Notes under the pieces: generated by a model
What the model saw: only the letters and a program-made list of their open reading frames with translations
Database searches by the model: none
What the model was told of the DNA's origin: nothing
Shown: positions 19,687 to 29,717 of the stretch, piece by piece
Position numbering within the stretch: the stretch's first letter is position 1
Layout: each line of letters opens with the position of its first letter
Source: Giardia intestinalis
Taxonomy: Eukaryota
Strand: one strand, 5' to 3'
NCBI GenBank assembly: GCA_000002435.2
Contig: CM018793.1
DNA: 64,000 nt
Program-made: the position numbers and the translations under genes

Positions 19687-22629
19687 TTACTCTTCCAATA
19701 AGTCGTAGGATTTCAGTATATGATCTTCAATAGACTGCTTAAATGCATCGATACTTATTCCACGGGCTGTGTCACTGAGTGTCATGTATTCAGCGATGAT
19801 CTCTGCGTATGCTCCCTGGGAAGATACCACTATTATATTCAGCTGGACGCCTCTAGTTTCATACACTCTCTTTTGTACCATGTCTATCGTCGCTGATATT
19901 CGTGCCGCAGCGTCACTGTCAGCTCTTAGATATAGTGTCTCGTGCGGTTGCTTGGTCTTGCTTCGTCTATCCCGGTTCATCCGTTGTTTGTCTGCGACAG
20001 AAGGCTGGACGGACAGAGACCGTGGAAAGGGGATTTGTACTGACGTATATGGATGGCGTGGATCGTCTCTGGGGTTGCTCAAACCTAGACTCGGAGATCG
20101 GATGAACTCTTTTATACCTTTATAACCTGCGGTGAGCTTTTCTCGGATGGTACTGTGTGATCTTGTGCTGGCCAGTGGCTTTGCATGGAACCTGGAACGT
20201 TTGAGAGATGAAGCTTGCGCGTAATTAGATTCTGTTGCCGAGATTGCTTTCAATTGCTCATCGTCCTCAACGATATTACAAGAAGGTGCGGCGGGTTGTG
20301 TCTCTGTGTGCTGTTCACTGCGCGTAGATTCACTGCGCTTAGAAAATACCAGCTTGTTGTACAGTGGACTTATAGGATTGATATTTATGAAGACATATAA
20401 ACAGTAGAAGCTCTCGAGAAGATACACCCCTGGCCTTTCTAATGACGAGGAGAGAAGGGGAAGCTCTATACCTTCGTTGTCGGTAGGAGCAGGTATTGTT
20501 ACATCAACATAGTATAGGTGTGGACAAAGATAAGCAATCATATCAACCGTAGTTATGCCTTCCAATGTTATCATAGATATGAGACTCTTAACCACAGATT
20601 CAGGTCGTGGAGGACTCAGGTCGAGCATATCTGTTTTTAGTATGGAGAAGACTAGGTCCGGAAGAGCCCGGAGCTGTGGACAATAGTCTAAGAATCGCAG
20701 CCCTTCAACAAGGTCCAATTTGAAGATGTTAGACCGCTGATAGCAAACCACATCCGGCAGGGTACTGTGGTACAAAGCTAGGCAGTCCCGCAAGTTGCGA
20801 CGGAGGACCTTCCCCGCCGTTGCTGAGTCTATAGTCTCTGAAAGGGTTGATGCGTATACTATAAAGAGATCGGTATGCTTGTTGAGAATTAGCTCTTGTG
20901 GGTTACTGGTATGGGGAGACCATCGCAAGGTTTGGGCAATGAGTTTGACGTACATATTCAAAAGTACGTGGGGATTGACGCTCGTTATTATCTTTGTTAT
21001 ATCAGAGGACAATCTTAGTGGCTTTGTGCACACGCGAATCACCCGTTGTCCAGAGAATGTAATGAACGATGTGCGTGCTTGGTAGTATGCGATGTCTCCA
21101 TCGAGTTCCCCGTGCACCTGAAGACGTACCCCACAGCAGGAAGCTTGTGTTGCCGCAGCAAGGTATATGACTACGTCTGAGCGATGCATGACGGTCCCCA
21201 GCACATGCTTCACGCTTATCTGCTTTGGAAGATGTAGCGAACAATAGACGTCAAAACAGGTCGCTTCCCCAAACTCTCGCTGTAGAAAGAGCTGAATAGG
21301 GACTTCTGCTGTATGCGGAGAGAACCTCTCTACATACCAGAGACCACCGTTGGTATGCCGTACCAACTCTAGCACACTTCCGAAGCTTGAAACAGAGCTT
21401 GCGGGCATGAGCACCATGCTGACTGAGATTTTCAGTCGAACAAGCCGGATGGCCATATCACCGTAGAACGCGTTGAGGCACGAGAATCGATTCTTCATAT
21501 TAAAGTGATTATCCTGACAGGCTGCTCTGCCGCTGGTGTCGCATTGCCCCGGAGCTAGATTCTTCGGCTGGGTTGAAACGAACACTATAACGCGCCCTCC
21601 CTGTGGTTTAAGGATTTCGGTTATGAGCTCAAGGGCATGTGCAAGTTCTGTCTGTCTCACCTGAGTCAGAGTAGGAGGGACAAAAGATAAGGTCTGCTTG
21701 AGCGCTAGTGTGTGGATGGTTCTTTTAATGAATGAGTAGAGCGCGTTGAAGCTGTGGAGATCTGAAATATTAATTAGAAAGCCATCTGGAACCGGGAGTG
21801 TGTTCCTATCTACTAAAGAGTATATGCACAGGTCTTGAGAGCTTGGAGACATCCGTGCTAAGACGTGCACATATGTGTTGAAAAAGAGCAGGCCAATGCA
21901 GATAGAACAATTATGGCGATTGTGGATCTCAACCAGGTAGTCTAGATGTCCTAGGACGGCGGTTAAAACCTCAATTGCCTTCTTTGTCCGTATGGTATAT
22001 TCGGTTAACTCTATAGCATAATAACAGGCGTGGCCCGTACTTGTGCTAGTCAACTCTGTGCACTCAGCTCCTGCTCCGACAGTCTGCGCAGGGCATAGGT
22101 AATCGTACGCCTCATGCGAGAGTTCTGGCCGTGTCATATTAACATTGCGAAGCAAGGCTGAGTAGGCGGGTGGGAGGCGTGTGAGCTCGTCACAAATGCA
22201 ACAGAAAACCATTGTCCTGGTATCAGTGAATCTGTTATATCCGTTGATATAAGCTCCACAAAAGGAGCACCGTGGGAGCTGCAGCCCCGTATCCTGTTGC
22301 AAGGTGACCGTTGTATCTCCAATAGCAGAGAGAGGCTCCACTATTAGTCCAAGGGAAAACTTCATCTGAGACTCTAAGGCGGAATTCCTCGGAAAAACCT
22401 TGTGTGTCATCGTCATAAAGGGGCTGGTGCAGGCCTGGATTCCCTTTTTGTATCGCTGCAAGCTCATGTACATGACCATAGATGAAGCGTTGGGTTCAAC
22501 TGAGCCGTGTCTCTGAAATGTATCCTGCACGAACCCTTCCACAGTTCCTTGTAGCTCTCCAGATGATCTAGCAAAGGTGCTGCTTGATCTAGCCGATGGA
22601 CGCAGGACACTAGCTTTGCGACTCGTCAT
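19687..22629 (-). CDS. Sec23/Sec24-family COPII coat protein (980 aa). Length and pre-finger region suggest it is probably Sec24-like.
   Basis: Sec23/24-type zinc finger RCSFCGAYINGYNRF...VFCCICDELTRLPPAY (C-x2-C...C-x2-C, A-Y-x-N, PP-Y). The upstream FPRNSALESQMKFSLGLIVEPL motif resembles the Sec24 pre-finger segment. Confidence 0.65.
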   Translation of the reverse strand: MTSRKASVLRPSARSSSTFARSSGELQGTVEGFVQDTFQRHGSVEPNASSMVMYMSLQRYKKGIQACTSPFMTMTHKVFPRNSALESQMKFSLGLIVEPLSAIGDTTVTLQQDTGLQLPRCSFCGAYINGYNRFTDTRTMVFCCICDELTRLPPAYSALLRNVNMTRPELSHEAYDYLCPAQTVGAGAECTELTSTSTGHACYYAIELTEYTIRTKKAIEVLTAVLGHLDYLVEIHNRHNCSICIGLLFFNTYVHVLARMSPSSQDLCIYSLVDRNTLPVPDGFLINISDLHSFNALYSFIKRTIHTLALKQTLSFVPPTLTQVRQTELAHALELITEILKPQGGRVIVFVSTQPKNLAPGQCDTSGRAACQDNHFNMKNRFSCLNAFYGDMAIRLVRLKISVSMVLMPASSVSSFGSVLELVRHTNGGLWYVERFSPHTAEVPIQLFLQREFGEATCFDVYCSLHLPKQISVKHVLGTVMHRSDVVIYLAAATQASCCGVRLQVHGELDGDIAYYQARTSFITFSGQRVIRVCTKPLRLSSDITKIITSVNPHVLLNMYVKLIAQTLRWSPHTSNPQELILNKHTDLFIVYASTLSETIDSATAGKVLRRNLRDCLALYHSTLPDVVCYQRSNIFKLDLVEGLRFLDYCPQLRALPDLVFSILKTDMLDLSPPRPESVVKSLISMITLEGITTVDMIAYLCPHLYYVDVTIPAPTDNEGIELPLLSSSLERPGVYLLESFYCLYVFININPISPLYNKLVFSKRSESTRSEQHTETQPAAPSCNIVEDDEQLKAISATESNYAQASSLKRSRFHAKPLASTRSHSTIREKLTAGYKGIKEFIRSPSLGLSNPRDDPRHPYTSVQIPFPRSLSVQPSVADKQRMNRDRRSKTKQPHETLYLRADSDAAARISATIDMVQKRVYETRGVQLNIIVVSSQGAYAEIIAEYMTLSDTARGISIDAFKQSIEDHILKSYDLLEE

Positions 22630-22747
22630 TCAATCAGCTTATCTTTGAATGTGTTCCAGCAAGTTTTGGCCTGTCAGGAGACTTAGTAATGGGCTATGGG
22701 AGTCATTCTAGGGTAGGGTATTGTTAGCATGCTAATGGTATGTTAAT

Positions 22748-23839
22748 ATGTTCTCACAAGGACAGTTTTTACTTCCGTCTCTGCCAGCTATGGATCTGAT
22801 GTGCGATCAAAATCCATCTCCACCTCTGCTGTCTTCTTCTCTTCCACTTAGTATCCATACACATAACTCAGTTCATGACCTCGATGCCATCTCCACACCG
22901 GCGGGACTATGTTCGTCCGGCCTCTTATGGAACCCTCCTGAGCACGACACAGTTCTCCCGGAGCCGTGCCCTCTCCAGTCCTCCTCCGGGCTTTTCCACC
23001 CACCCCATGCAGATCCTGATGCCACTATCCTCTTTCCGTGCAATCTAAGAAATACACAGGCTCTTGATGTATTCTCCCAATCTACAAGCTTTAGGACAAC
23101 CGGAGAAGGTGCTCTGACCATAGCAGGCGGGCGTTATCTAGACCCCATCGCTAAAAATCATATGTTGCTGGAGCAGCATCTACACTCGATCAAAGACGAA
23201 TGGGTAGAGACAGCTCTGAAGGTACTGGTGGGTATAACGCAGGAAAACGTAGAGACTTCTGCTGCTGTGGAAAGTGTCCTGATCGAACGCCTGGGGAAGG
23301 AAAGGTACGACGGGCTCCGCACAGCACCGTTGTTTCTATTCCTGAACGTGGTTGCTGCTGGCTTTTGGATGGATGACGTCATGCCTTCCTTTCCAAAGGT
23401 GCTGTCGCAGGAGGATCGAACTAAGAGGTTTGCGAATTCTATTGAGGCGATGTACGAGGCTGTGTTAAGGACTTTGGAGATACCGGCAACACGAGAACAG
23501 CTTGCTGAAAAGACTGGTTTTCAACGCCGTCGACTGAGTAGTGTCATGATGCCTCTTCGGGCTATCGGGCTCATTGCAGAACCGGAAAACCTCAAGAAAG
23601 ACCATCCCAACAGTGACAAGGCTGTTTGTGAACATGACGGAGGGCCGAACTTGATTCTCTGCAGGAATGCCCGACAGGAGGCAGCATCCTTCATGATCTC
23701 CGGCTTCTGTCGCTATTATCGGCAACTCCGCCTCATCCGGCAGCATCTCGAACGGACCATTGGGCTCGTGCGCTATGACAACAGCTTCATTGACGAGCGC
23801 CTGACATATCTGACAAGGCCCCGCCCAGACATGAAATGA
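22748..23839 (+). CDS. Hypothetical protein (363 aa) with a divergent E2F/DP-like winged-helix segment.
   Basis: FQRRRLSSVMMPLRAIGLIAEPEN aligns without gaps to E2F [24 protein letters not shown] (RR...L..IGLI). The rest is unrecognisable. True ATG. Confidence 0.5.
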   Translation: MFSQGQFLLPSLPAMDLMCDQNPSPPLLSSSLPLSIHTHNSVHDLDAISTPAGLCSSGLLWNPPEHDTVLPEPCPLQSSSGLFHPPHADPDATILFPCNLRNTQALDVFSQSTSFRTTGEGALTIAGGRYLDPIAKNHMLLEQHLHSIKDEWVETALKVLVGITQENVETSAAVESVLIERLGKERYDGLRTAPLFLFLNVVAAGFWMDDVMPSFPKVLSQEDRTKRFANSIEAMYEAVLRTLEIPATREQLAEKTGFQRRRLSSVMMPLRAIGLIAEPENLKKDHPNSDKAVCEHDGGPNLILCRNARQEAASFMISGFCRYYRQLRLIRQHLERTIGLVRYDNSFIDERLTYLTRPRPDMK

Positions 23840-23841
23840 AA

Positions 23842-23848
23842 GTTCACT
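23842..23848 (-). terminator. AGTGAAC poly(A) signal for PFOR. It lies in the 11-nt gap between two convergent genes.
   Basis: The + strand gttcact at 23842-23848 gives AGTGAAC on the minus strand, immediately 3' of the PFOR TAA (23851-23853). Confidence 0.5.
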
Positions 23849-23850
23849 GC

Positions 23851-26800
23851 TTACTCCGCCTTGGCGGTCGCCTGCATTTCGCTGTACTTCTTGTAGCGGC
23901 TGTTGACGAAGTCCTGCAGCTCGGTTCTCAGTACTTCTGCCTCCGCGGGGCGTTCGCTGAGAAGTTGGTTGAAGCGGTTCTGCCTATTAAGGAAGTCTGT
24001 GACGGGCTTTGACGGCTCCTTGCACCCCATGACGAGACCACGCTCCGGATGTCTGGTGTAGGTGAGCCAATAGCCTGTCTCGACGGCAAGCTTCTGGGTC
24101 GCGTTGGATGCCTTCATATCCTCCCCGTGCTCGATGCAAGGCGCATAGGCCATGACAATCGAAGGCCCAGTCCACTCGAACGCCTCTCTGATGGTCTTGA
24201 TCGCAGCGGTATGGGAGTAGCCGAGGCTGATAGACCCAACGTACACATTATCGTATGCCATAGCGATCTGGCCCATGTCTTTCTTCTCCGTGCGCTTTCC
24301 GGCAGCTGCGAAGCGTGCCACAGCACCAAGAGGCGTGGCCTTGGAACGCTGCCCGCCTGTGTTTGAGTAGACCTCAGTGTCCAGTATGAGGATAGTCACG
24401 TCGAGACCCGTGCTAAGGACGTGGTCCAGGCCTGCGAAGCCGATATCGTAAGACCAGCCGTCACCGCCCTGAATCAAGACGAGAGGCCTTGCAAGAAGGT
24501 CCAGATTCGATGGCAGGGTGAGCAGATCCTTGGCCTCCCTGAGCTCGTCACAGTCTGCGGAAAGAGCCATGATCTGCTCCTTCAGCTTGTCGCCAGCTGT
24601 CTCGCTCTCGGCGATCTTATTATAGTTCTCAATCCAACTGTTTGCAGCCTCAATGAATTTATCTCCTCCGAGGTTCTTCGCAACAAGTCCCTTGACGGTT
24701 TCGAGGATGCGCTCGCGGCGCTGCTGAATGCCGACCAGCATACCCATGCCGAACTCGGCGTTATCCTCGAAGAGAGAGTTGGCCCAGGCAGGGCCTTGTC
24801 CCTTTGCGTTCTTGGTGTATGGGGAGAATGGGAAGCTGAAGCCGTAAATAGACGAGCATCCGGTTGCATTCGCGATGATCAAGCGGCTTCCAAAGAGCCT
24901 CGTCACATGCGTAATATACGCCGTCTCACCACAGCCAGCGCAGGCGCCGTGATATTCGAACAGCGGGCGGCGGTACTGGTATGCCTTCTCACTCTCATCA
25001 AGGGTCCAATCGTCCGTCTTCACAGAGACGTTGTCTGCGAGACTGTAGAACTTCTCGACCTCTCTGGCCTCAACGTTATGTGTGACCTCCATCTTCAGAG
25101 TTCCCTTCTCTCTCGTCGGGCAGACCTGAGAGCAGACCTGGCATCCGGTGCAATCAAGTGTCGACGCCTGGATGGCCAGCTTGAAGTTTCCTTTGCTCTT
25201 AACGACTGGATTCTTGATAGGAATGAGCTGGTCGCGGATCACCGGGGCAAGCTTCTCCTCCTCCTCGGAGCTAACCAAGTACGGGCGAATGACGGCGTGC
25301 GGGCAGGCAGTGACGCAGAGCATACACTGGATGCACGTGCTGGACTGCCAAACGGGGACCTGAACAGCGATGTTCCTCTTTGCGTACTGGGTCGTCCCAG
25401 TCATCATAAAGCCACCCTTACGGAAGGCGCTCACCTTGAGATCGTCACCTCGGCCCGTGGTCGCGGGAATCATAACGTTCTTGACAAACTCTGGCGCAGC
25501 CGAGACGATCTTTTCCATGCGCTTGTTGTACATCTTAACGAAGGAACCATCCTCAATACTGGCCCAGTTCTTCGGGTACTTGATCTCCTTGATTGCACCC
25601 TCCTTGATCGTGGCGTCGATGCAAGCGAGGTTCATGTTGACGACCTTCTCGCCCTTCCTGCTGAAGGTCTTGATGACCGTCTTCTTCCAAATGTCAATGG
25701 CCTGATCCGGCGGCAGAACGCCAGAGAGGAGGAAGAACGCAGTCTGGAGGGCGGAGTTTATCCTGCCCGGCAGCCCAGCCTCGAGAGAGATCTCACTTGC
25801 GTCCATGACCATCAATTTAAGGCCCTTGTCTTCGATCATCTTGCGCATGTTCTTTGGAATCGCAGCAGTGACTTCCTCGACGTTACTCGCAGACGTGTTG
25901 AGCAATAGGAGGCTCCCAGGCTTGCAGCGCTCCACAAGCAAAATGTTATACTTTGTAAGATAAGACGGCTGCGAAACGGCTGTGAAGTCGGCATCGTGGA
26001 TAAGATACTCGCAGCGGATAGGCTTGTCGCCGAACCTGAGATGCGCGCTGGTGAAGCCGCCCGCCTTAAAGCTATCGTAGTCAAAGTAGCCCTGCGTAAA
26101 GAGAGGTGTGTTGTCTGAAATGATCTTGATAGCATTCTTGTTGGCGCCGACAACACCATCGGACCCCATACCAAAGAAGAGGCACTGGACGGTGCCCTTA
26201 GGAACAAGGGACGGAGAGGCGGGATCACGCTTCAAGGACATGTGTGTGACGTCGTCTTCAATCCCAACGGTGAAGTTGTTAAGTGGAGTTGTGGCCTGAA
26301 GGTTCCTGAAGATCGCGAAGGCATCTGCAGTGTTGAAGTCCTTGGAAGAAAGACCGAAGATGCCACCAATGACGGTCGTCACGGCGCTCAGCCTGTTGCC
26401 GCTGTAGAGGGCCTCAATTACGTCCAGTCTGAGAGGTTCTGCGCCGGCCATGATCTCCTTCGCCTTCTCCATGACGCAGATACGCCTGCAACTAGTGGGA
26501 ATTGCTTCGAGGAGCTTATCTCCGCAGAAGGGCCTAAAGAGGTGGACGCAGACAACGCCGACCTTATCGCCGCGCTCAACGAGGTACTCAACGACCTCGC
26601 GGACAGTCAGGTAGCCACTGCCCATGATGATGACAACAGCAGTCGCGTCTGGGGCACCGAAATAATTGAAGAACTTGTAGGAGCGACCGGTGATCTCCCT
26701 CACCTTCTCAAAAGCGCGCTCAATGTGGCCTGGGATTTCTGCATAGTGCTTATTGTCCGCCTCGCCAGCCTGCATCCAGATGGGAGGACCTTGGCAGGAC

Positions 26801-27450
26801 CCACGCATCTCGGGGTGCTGTGGAGAGAGAGACTTCTGGCGGAAGGCCTCGATCTCATCGTAGGGGACGTGGGGCCTGAGATGCTCGTAATCAATGAGCT
26901 CCACCTTCTTGATGGTATGAGATGTCCTGAAGCCATCAAACGCATGGACAACCGGGTGAGAGGAATAGATGGCTGTGAGGTGCGCAGCAATGGCCATGTC
27001 CATCGCCTCCTGGATGTCCTCGGAAACCATGATCGTGCATCCCGTCTGCCTGACAGCCATGATATCGGCGTGGTCTCCGTGGACCGACAGAGAGTGCGTA
27101 GCAATCGTGCGTGCGGCAACGTGGAAGACGGCGGGCAGATGCTCCCCAGCCATCTTGTACATGTTGGGGATCATCAGCAGGAGGCCCTGGGACGCCGTGT
27201 AGGTGGAGGCCAGCAGACCCGTGCTGAGAGCTCCGTGCAAGGCGCCTGCAGCAGCCCCCTCGGAGTTCATCTCCTCAACCCTGAGGGTCTGGCCGAACGC
27301 ATTCTTGCGGCCCTTGGCAGCCCAGGAGTCGACATACTCGGCCATGGGGGTCGACGGCGTGATCGGGTAGATTATCGATGCATCCGAGAAGAAGTAGGAC
27401 ACATGGGCAGCCGCGTGACAGCCGTCTATAGGCGCGTGGACCACAGACAT
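23851..27450 (-). CDS. PFOR: Pyruvate:ferredoxin (flavodoxin) oxidoreductase (1199 aa).
   Basis: Full-length single-chain PFOR architecture: N-terminal IYPITPSTPMAEYVDSWAA; two 4Fe-4S ferredoxin motifs CIQCMLCVTACPHAVIRP and CTGCQVCSQVCP; C-terminal thiamine-diphosphate domain GGDGWSYDIGFAGLDHV. A-rich initiator. Confidence 0.95.
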   Translation of the reverse strand: MSVVHAPIDGCHAAAHVSYFFSDASIIYPITPSTPMAEYVDSWAAKGRKNAFGQTLRVEEMNSEGAAAGALHGALSTGLLASTYTASQGLLLMIPNMYKMAGEHLPAVFHVAARTIATHSLSVHGDHADIMAVRQTGCTIMVSEDIQEAMDMAIAAHLTAIYSSHPVVHAFDGFRTSHTIKKVELIDYEHLRPHVPYDEIEAFRQKSLSPQHPEMRGSCQGPPIWMQAGEADNKHYAEIPGHIERAFEKVREITGRSYKFFNYFGAPDATAVVIIMGSGYLTVREVVEYLVERGDKVGVVCVHLFRPFCGDKLLEAIPTSCRRICVMEKAKEIMAGAEPLRLDVIEALYSGNRLSAVTTVIGGIFGLSSKDFNTADAFAIFRNLQATTPLNNFTVGIEDDVTHMSLKRDPASPSLVPKGTVQCLFFGMGSDGVVGANKNAIKIISDNTPLFTQGYFDYDSFKAGGFTSAHLRFGDKPIRCEYLIHDADFTAVSQPSYLTKYNILLVERCKPGSLLLLNTSASNVEEVTAAIPKNMRKMIEDKGLKLMVMDASEISLEAGLPGRINSALQTAFFLLSGVLPPDQAIDIWKKTVIKTFSRKGEKVVNMNLACIDATIKEGAIKEIKYPKNWASIEDGSFVKMYNKRMEKIVSAAPEFVKNVMIPATTGRGDDLKVSAFRKGGFMMTGTTQYAKRNIAVQVPVWQSSTCIQCMLCVTACPHAVIRPYLVSSEEEEKLAPVIRDQLIPIKNPVVKSKGNFKLAIQASTLDCTGCQVCSQVCPTREKGTLKMEVTHNVEAREVEKFYSLADNVSVKTDDWTLDESEKAYQYRRPLFEYHGACAGCGETAYITHVTRLFGSRLIIANATGCSSIYGFSFPFSPYTKNAKGQGPAWANSLFEDNAEFGMGMLVGIQQRRERILETVKGLVAKNLGGDKFIEAANSWIENYNKIAESETAGDKLKEQIMALSADCDELREAKDLLTLPSNLDLLARPLVLIQGGDGWSYDIGFAGLDHVLSTGLDVTILILDTEVYSNTGGQRSKATPLGAVARFAAAGKRTEKKDMGQIAMAYDNVYVGSISLGYSHTAAIKTIREAFEWTGPSIVMAYAPCIEHGEDMKASNATQKLAVETGYWLTYTRHPERGLVMGCKEPSKPVTDFLNRQNRFNQLLSERPAEAEVLRTELQDFVNSRYKKYSEMQATAKAE

Positions 27451-28084
27451 TTAATTTATTGGGGCAAAATGTTGTAATTTCACTTCGTAATAGATAGTGG
27501 TCAAAGTTATTATGCGTCTCAGAATTTTTTAGCAAGTTGTAGGACTCCTCCTCTGGTGTCATGCACTCTCGGATCGTCCCGGTGTCGTACCCCCAGACTA
27601 AAGACGGTCTGCTCGGACCTTCATACAATATCCCTTTCCTCCGGGGATTAGCCAGACTCTGCCATATAGCATTTACATCGTTGCAAGCATTAGAGAGATT
27701 GCCTTTTAATTTTAATTAAAATCTTCGCTTATGTCATGGCACATTCACATTCCTCTTGGTCACTAGTATCTACGTTATGCCAGCTCCCCTACTCCTGCAG
27801 TTCTCATTCTGAAGGGTAGCACGTCAAACACTTTGATCAACCCCACTGACGCTTATTTAATTTATTTTGACAAAAGTAGTATAACAGTAGATGGTAGCCA
27901 GATAGCTGCTACACATTGGAATGAGATAAAAAGCATATTAGATGCCGGATAGCAGAATTTCATTTTGCACAAAGGATAGATCAACCGACACGACCTCATT
28001 GCTCTCTTTCTCCACTGGAGCCTGATGTACACAGAGAAGATGCGCCTTTACACATAACATCTCAGCAGCCAGTAACGCTCTGTG

Positions 28085-29668
28085 CTATGTGCGACAAGCG
28101 GGGATGGTCGCGGAAACCAAGCGCATACTTGATTGCAAACAGATGCTTTGAGCTTCCTTCAAGCCAAGAAGTACAGGGATGATGCCGGGAGTATGGGCCT
28201 CGGACAGAAGGACTATTGGTTCCAGCGACGCGTACATAGATTGATTTTGGAGGTACTCGGCCCTCGCCGTGTCTAAAATGTTGGAGGCATTACGCAGAGA
28301 CTGACTGGAGCAAGTCCTAATAAATCTGGACGCAGAATCAAATCCCTGGAATGCGCGGTCTACAACAACAGTATAAGCTACTTCGGAGGTGGTGATGGAG
28401 ACACTTAAAGTTGACGAGGCAAGAGGCTGTGATCTGGCAATAACAGCAGGGACGTAGACTCTCTCGAGGTGCTTGTAGAAGTAGGTTGAACTTTGTGCCT
28501 TATCAGTAGGTATACTAGACAAGTCCTGACTGGCTCCGGTCCGGGGCATCCTCAGCGGAGCAGTGATCTGCGAGTGCTGAACTGCTGGTTGGTCTGGGGT
28601 GTGCGGTGGCGACAGTTGATTGGACGATGCCCCTGAGACCACATTCTCACGTGAGTGTATTTTATCAAATAAGCTTTCAATCTGAGCAAATGCCTGCAAG
28701 GAGTTTGTGGCTCGTGAGGAGATATCTTTCAGCTGATCCCCGCGCACAACTTCATCAGCTGCCAATGTTAAGTTGGGCAATTTAGTGTGAGATGTAAGTG
28801 ATTCAAACAAAGCTGGTGTTGTTGCTACCATCACTACGTCACTTGACACAATCGATTGATGTTCTCCCGGATTGCTTACGAACGAGCACAGCGCTGCTTT
28901 TTCAGCGACGCACTCTTCTTCGTCGAAAAGGGCATTCTGGTCCTCGCAATCCTCAGCCCCTGGCTGTATCTGTATAAAGCGGGGATATGCACGAAGGAGA
29001 ACATACACGAACTCTGTGATAAAAGGGCTGAGCCCATAAAGGATAAGATTGCAACCATCCTCGTTAGACGTTGAAGAAACGACTACGCTACATGCACCAT
29101 CATCTAAGTTAACTGCTGTGATTGCATTATGCGGCACACACAATACCTCAGCTTGCTCTGTATCACTTATTTGCAAGCCAAAAGGTGTTACTGATACTTT
29201 GCAAGGACACGGAGGAAGGTAGCCAGCAGTCAGGGCTTCTCTGGGCCGTGCTCGAGACCCCAATCCTCTTACAAGGACGCTGGGTCGAAGTCCAATTGGC
29301 CTTGTAGCCTGGATCATCATGTTGTAAGAGAGCAGGTCATCAGAGACGCTAAATGGCAGGGAGGCTGTGATGCCTTGGGCGGCATCTTGATCCCTCCGCA
29401 GGGAAGTAAAGATAGCGGACAAGATTGCGTCTCTATATAAAGAATACAGGACGACAGTGCCATGTCCAGTGATATGGAGCCGCAAAAGCTCAGAGCAGTT
29501 TATATCGCACAGTAGTGTAGAGACGTTTCTAATGGGTAACGATATGATGGTCTCCACAACGGCCACATCGATTATGGAGAAAAAAGACGCTATGCATACT
29601 GCGGAATATGGCCGCCTCTGTCCCGAATAAAAGACCTGGGCCGGGTACACAGAACCCTGGGGAGGCAT
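28085..29668 (-). CDS. Hypothetical protein (527 aa).
   Basis: ORF with a true ATG and a very AT-rich upstream (gaatttaaacttaaaatgcctaaagtaaATG). No recognisable domains. Confidence 0.5.
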   Translation of the reverse strand: MPPQGSVYPAQVFYSGQRRPYSAVCIASFFSIIDVAVVETIISLPIRNVSTLLCDINCSELLRLHITGHGTVVLYSLYRDAILSAIFTSLRRDQDAAQGITASLPFSVSDDLLSYNMMIQATRPIGLRPSVLVRGLGSRARPREALTAGYLPPCPCKVSVTPFGLQISDTEQAEVLCVPHNAITAVNLDDGACSVVVSSTSNEDGCNLILYGLSPFITEFVYVLLRAYPRFIQIQPGAEDCEDQNALFDEEECVAEKAALCSFVSNPGEHQSIVSSDVVMVATTPALFESLTSHTKLPNLTLAADEVVRGDQLKDISSRATNSLQAFAQIESLFDKIHSRENVVSGASSNQLSPPHTPDQPAVQHSQITAPLRMPRTGASQDLSSIPTDKAQSSTYFYKHLERVYVPAVIARSQPLASSTLSVSITTSEVAYTVVVDRAFQGFDSASRFIRTCSSQSLRNASNILDTARAEYLQNQSMYASLEPIVLLSEAHTPGIIPVLLGLKEAQSICLQSSMRLVSATIPACRT

Positions 29669-29717
29669 TTACTTTAGGCATTTTAAGTTTAAATTCTCCA
29701 AACCACAGCTCCGGCAA

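Noticed and set aside
24421-27477. 495-aa and 411-aa + strand ORFs antisense to PFOR.
   Set aside because: They lie entirely within the strongly supported PFOR CDS on the opposite strand. They have no recognisable motifs and are typical long antisense ORFs of a GC-balanced highly expressed gene.
27451-28084. Searched the long spacer for tRNA-like (GTTCRANYC T-loop) or box C/D (RTGATGA...CTGA) signatures.
   Set aside because: No convincing T-loop/acceptor pairing or C/D box pair could be identified by eye. It is left as an open candidate region rather than called as an RNA gene.
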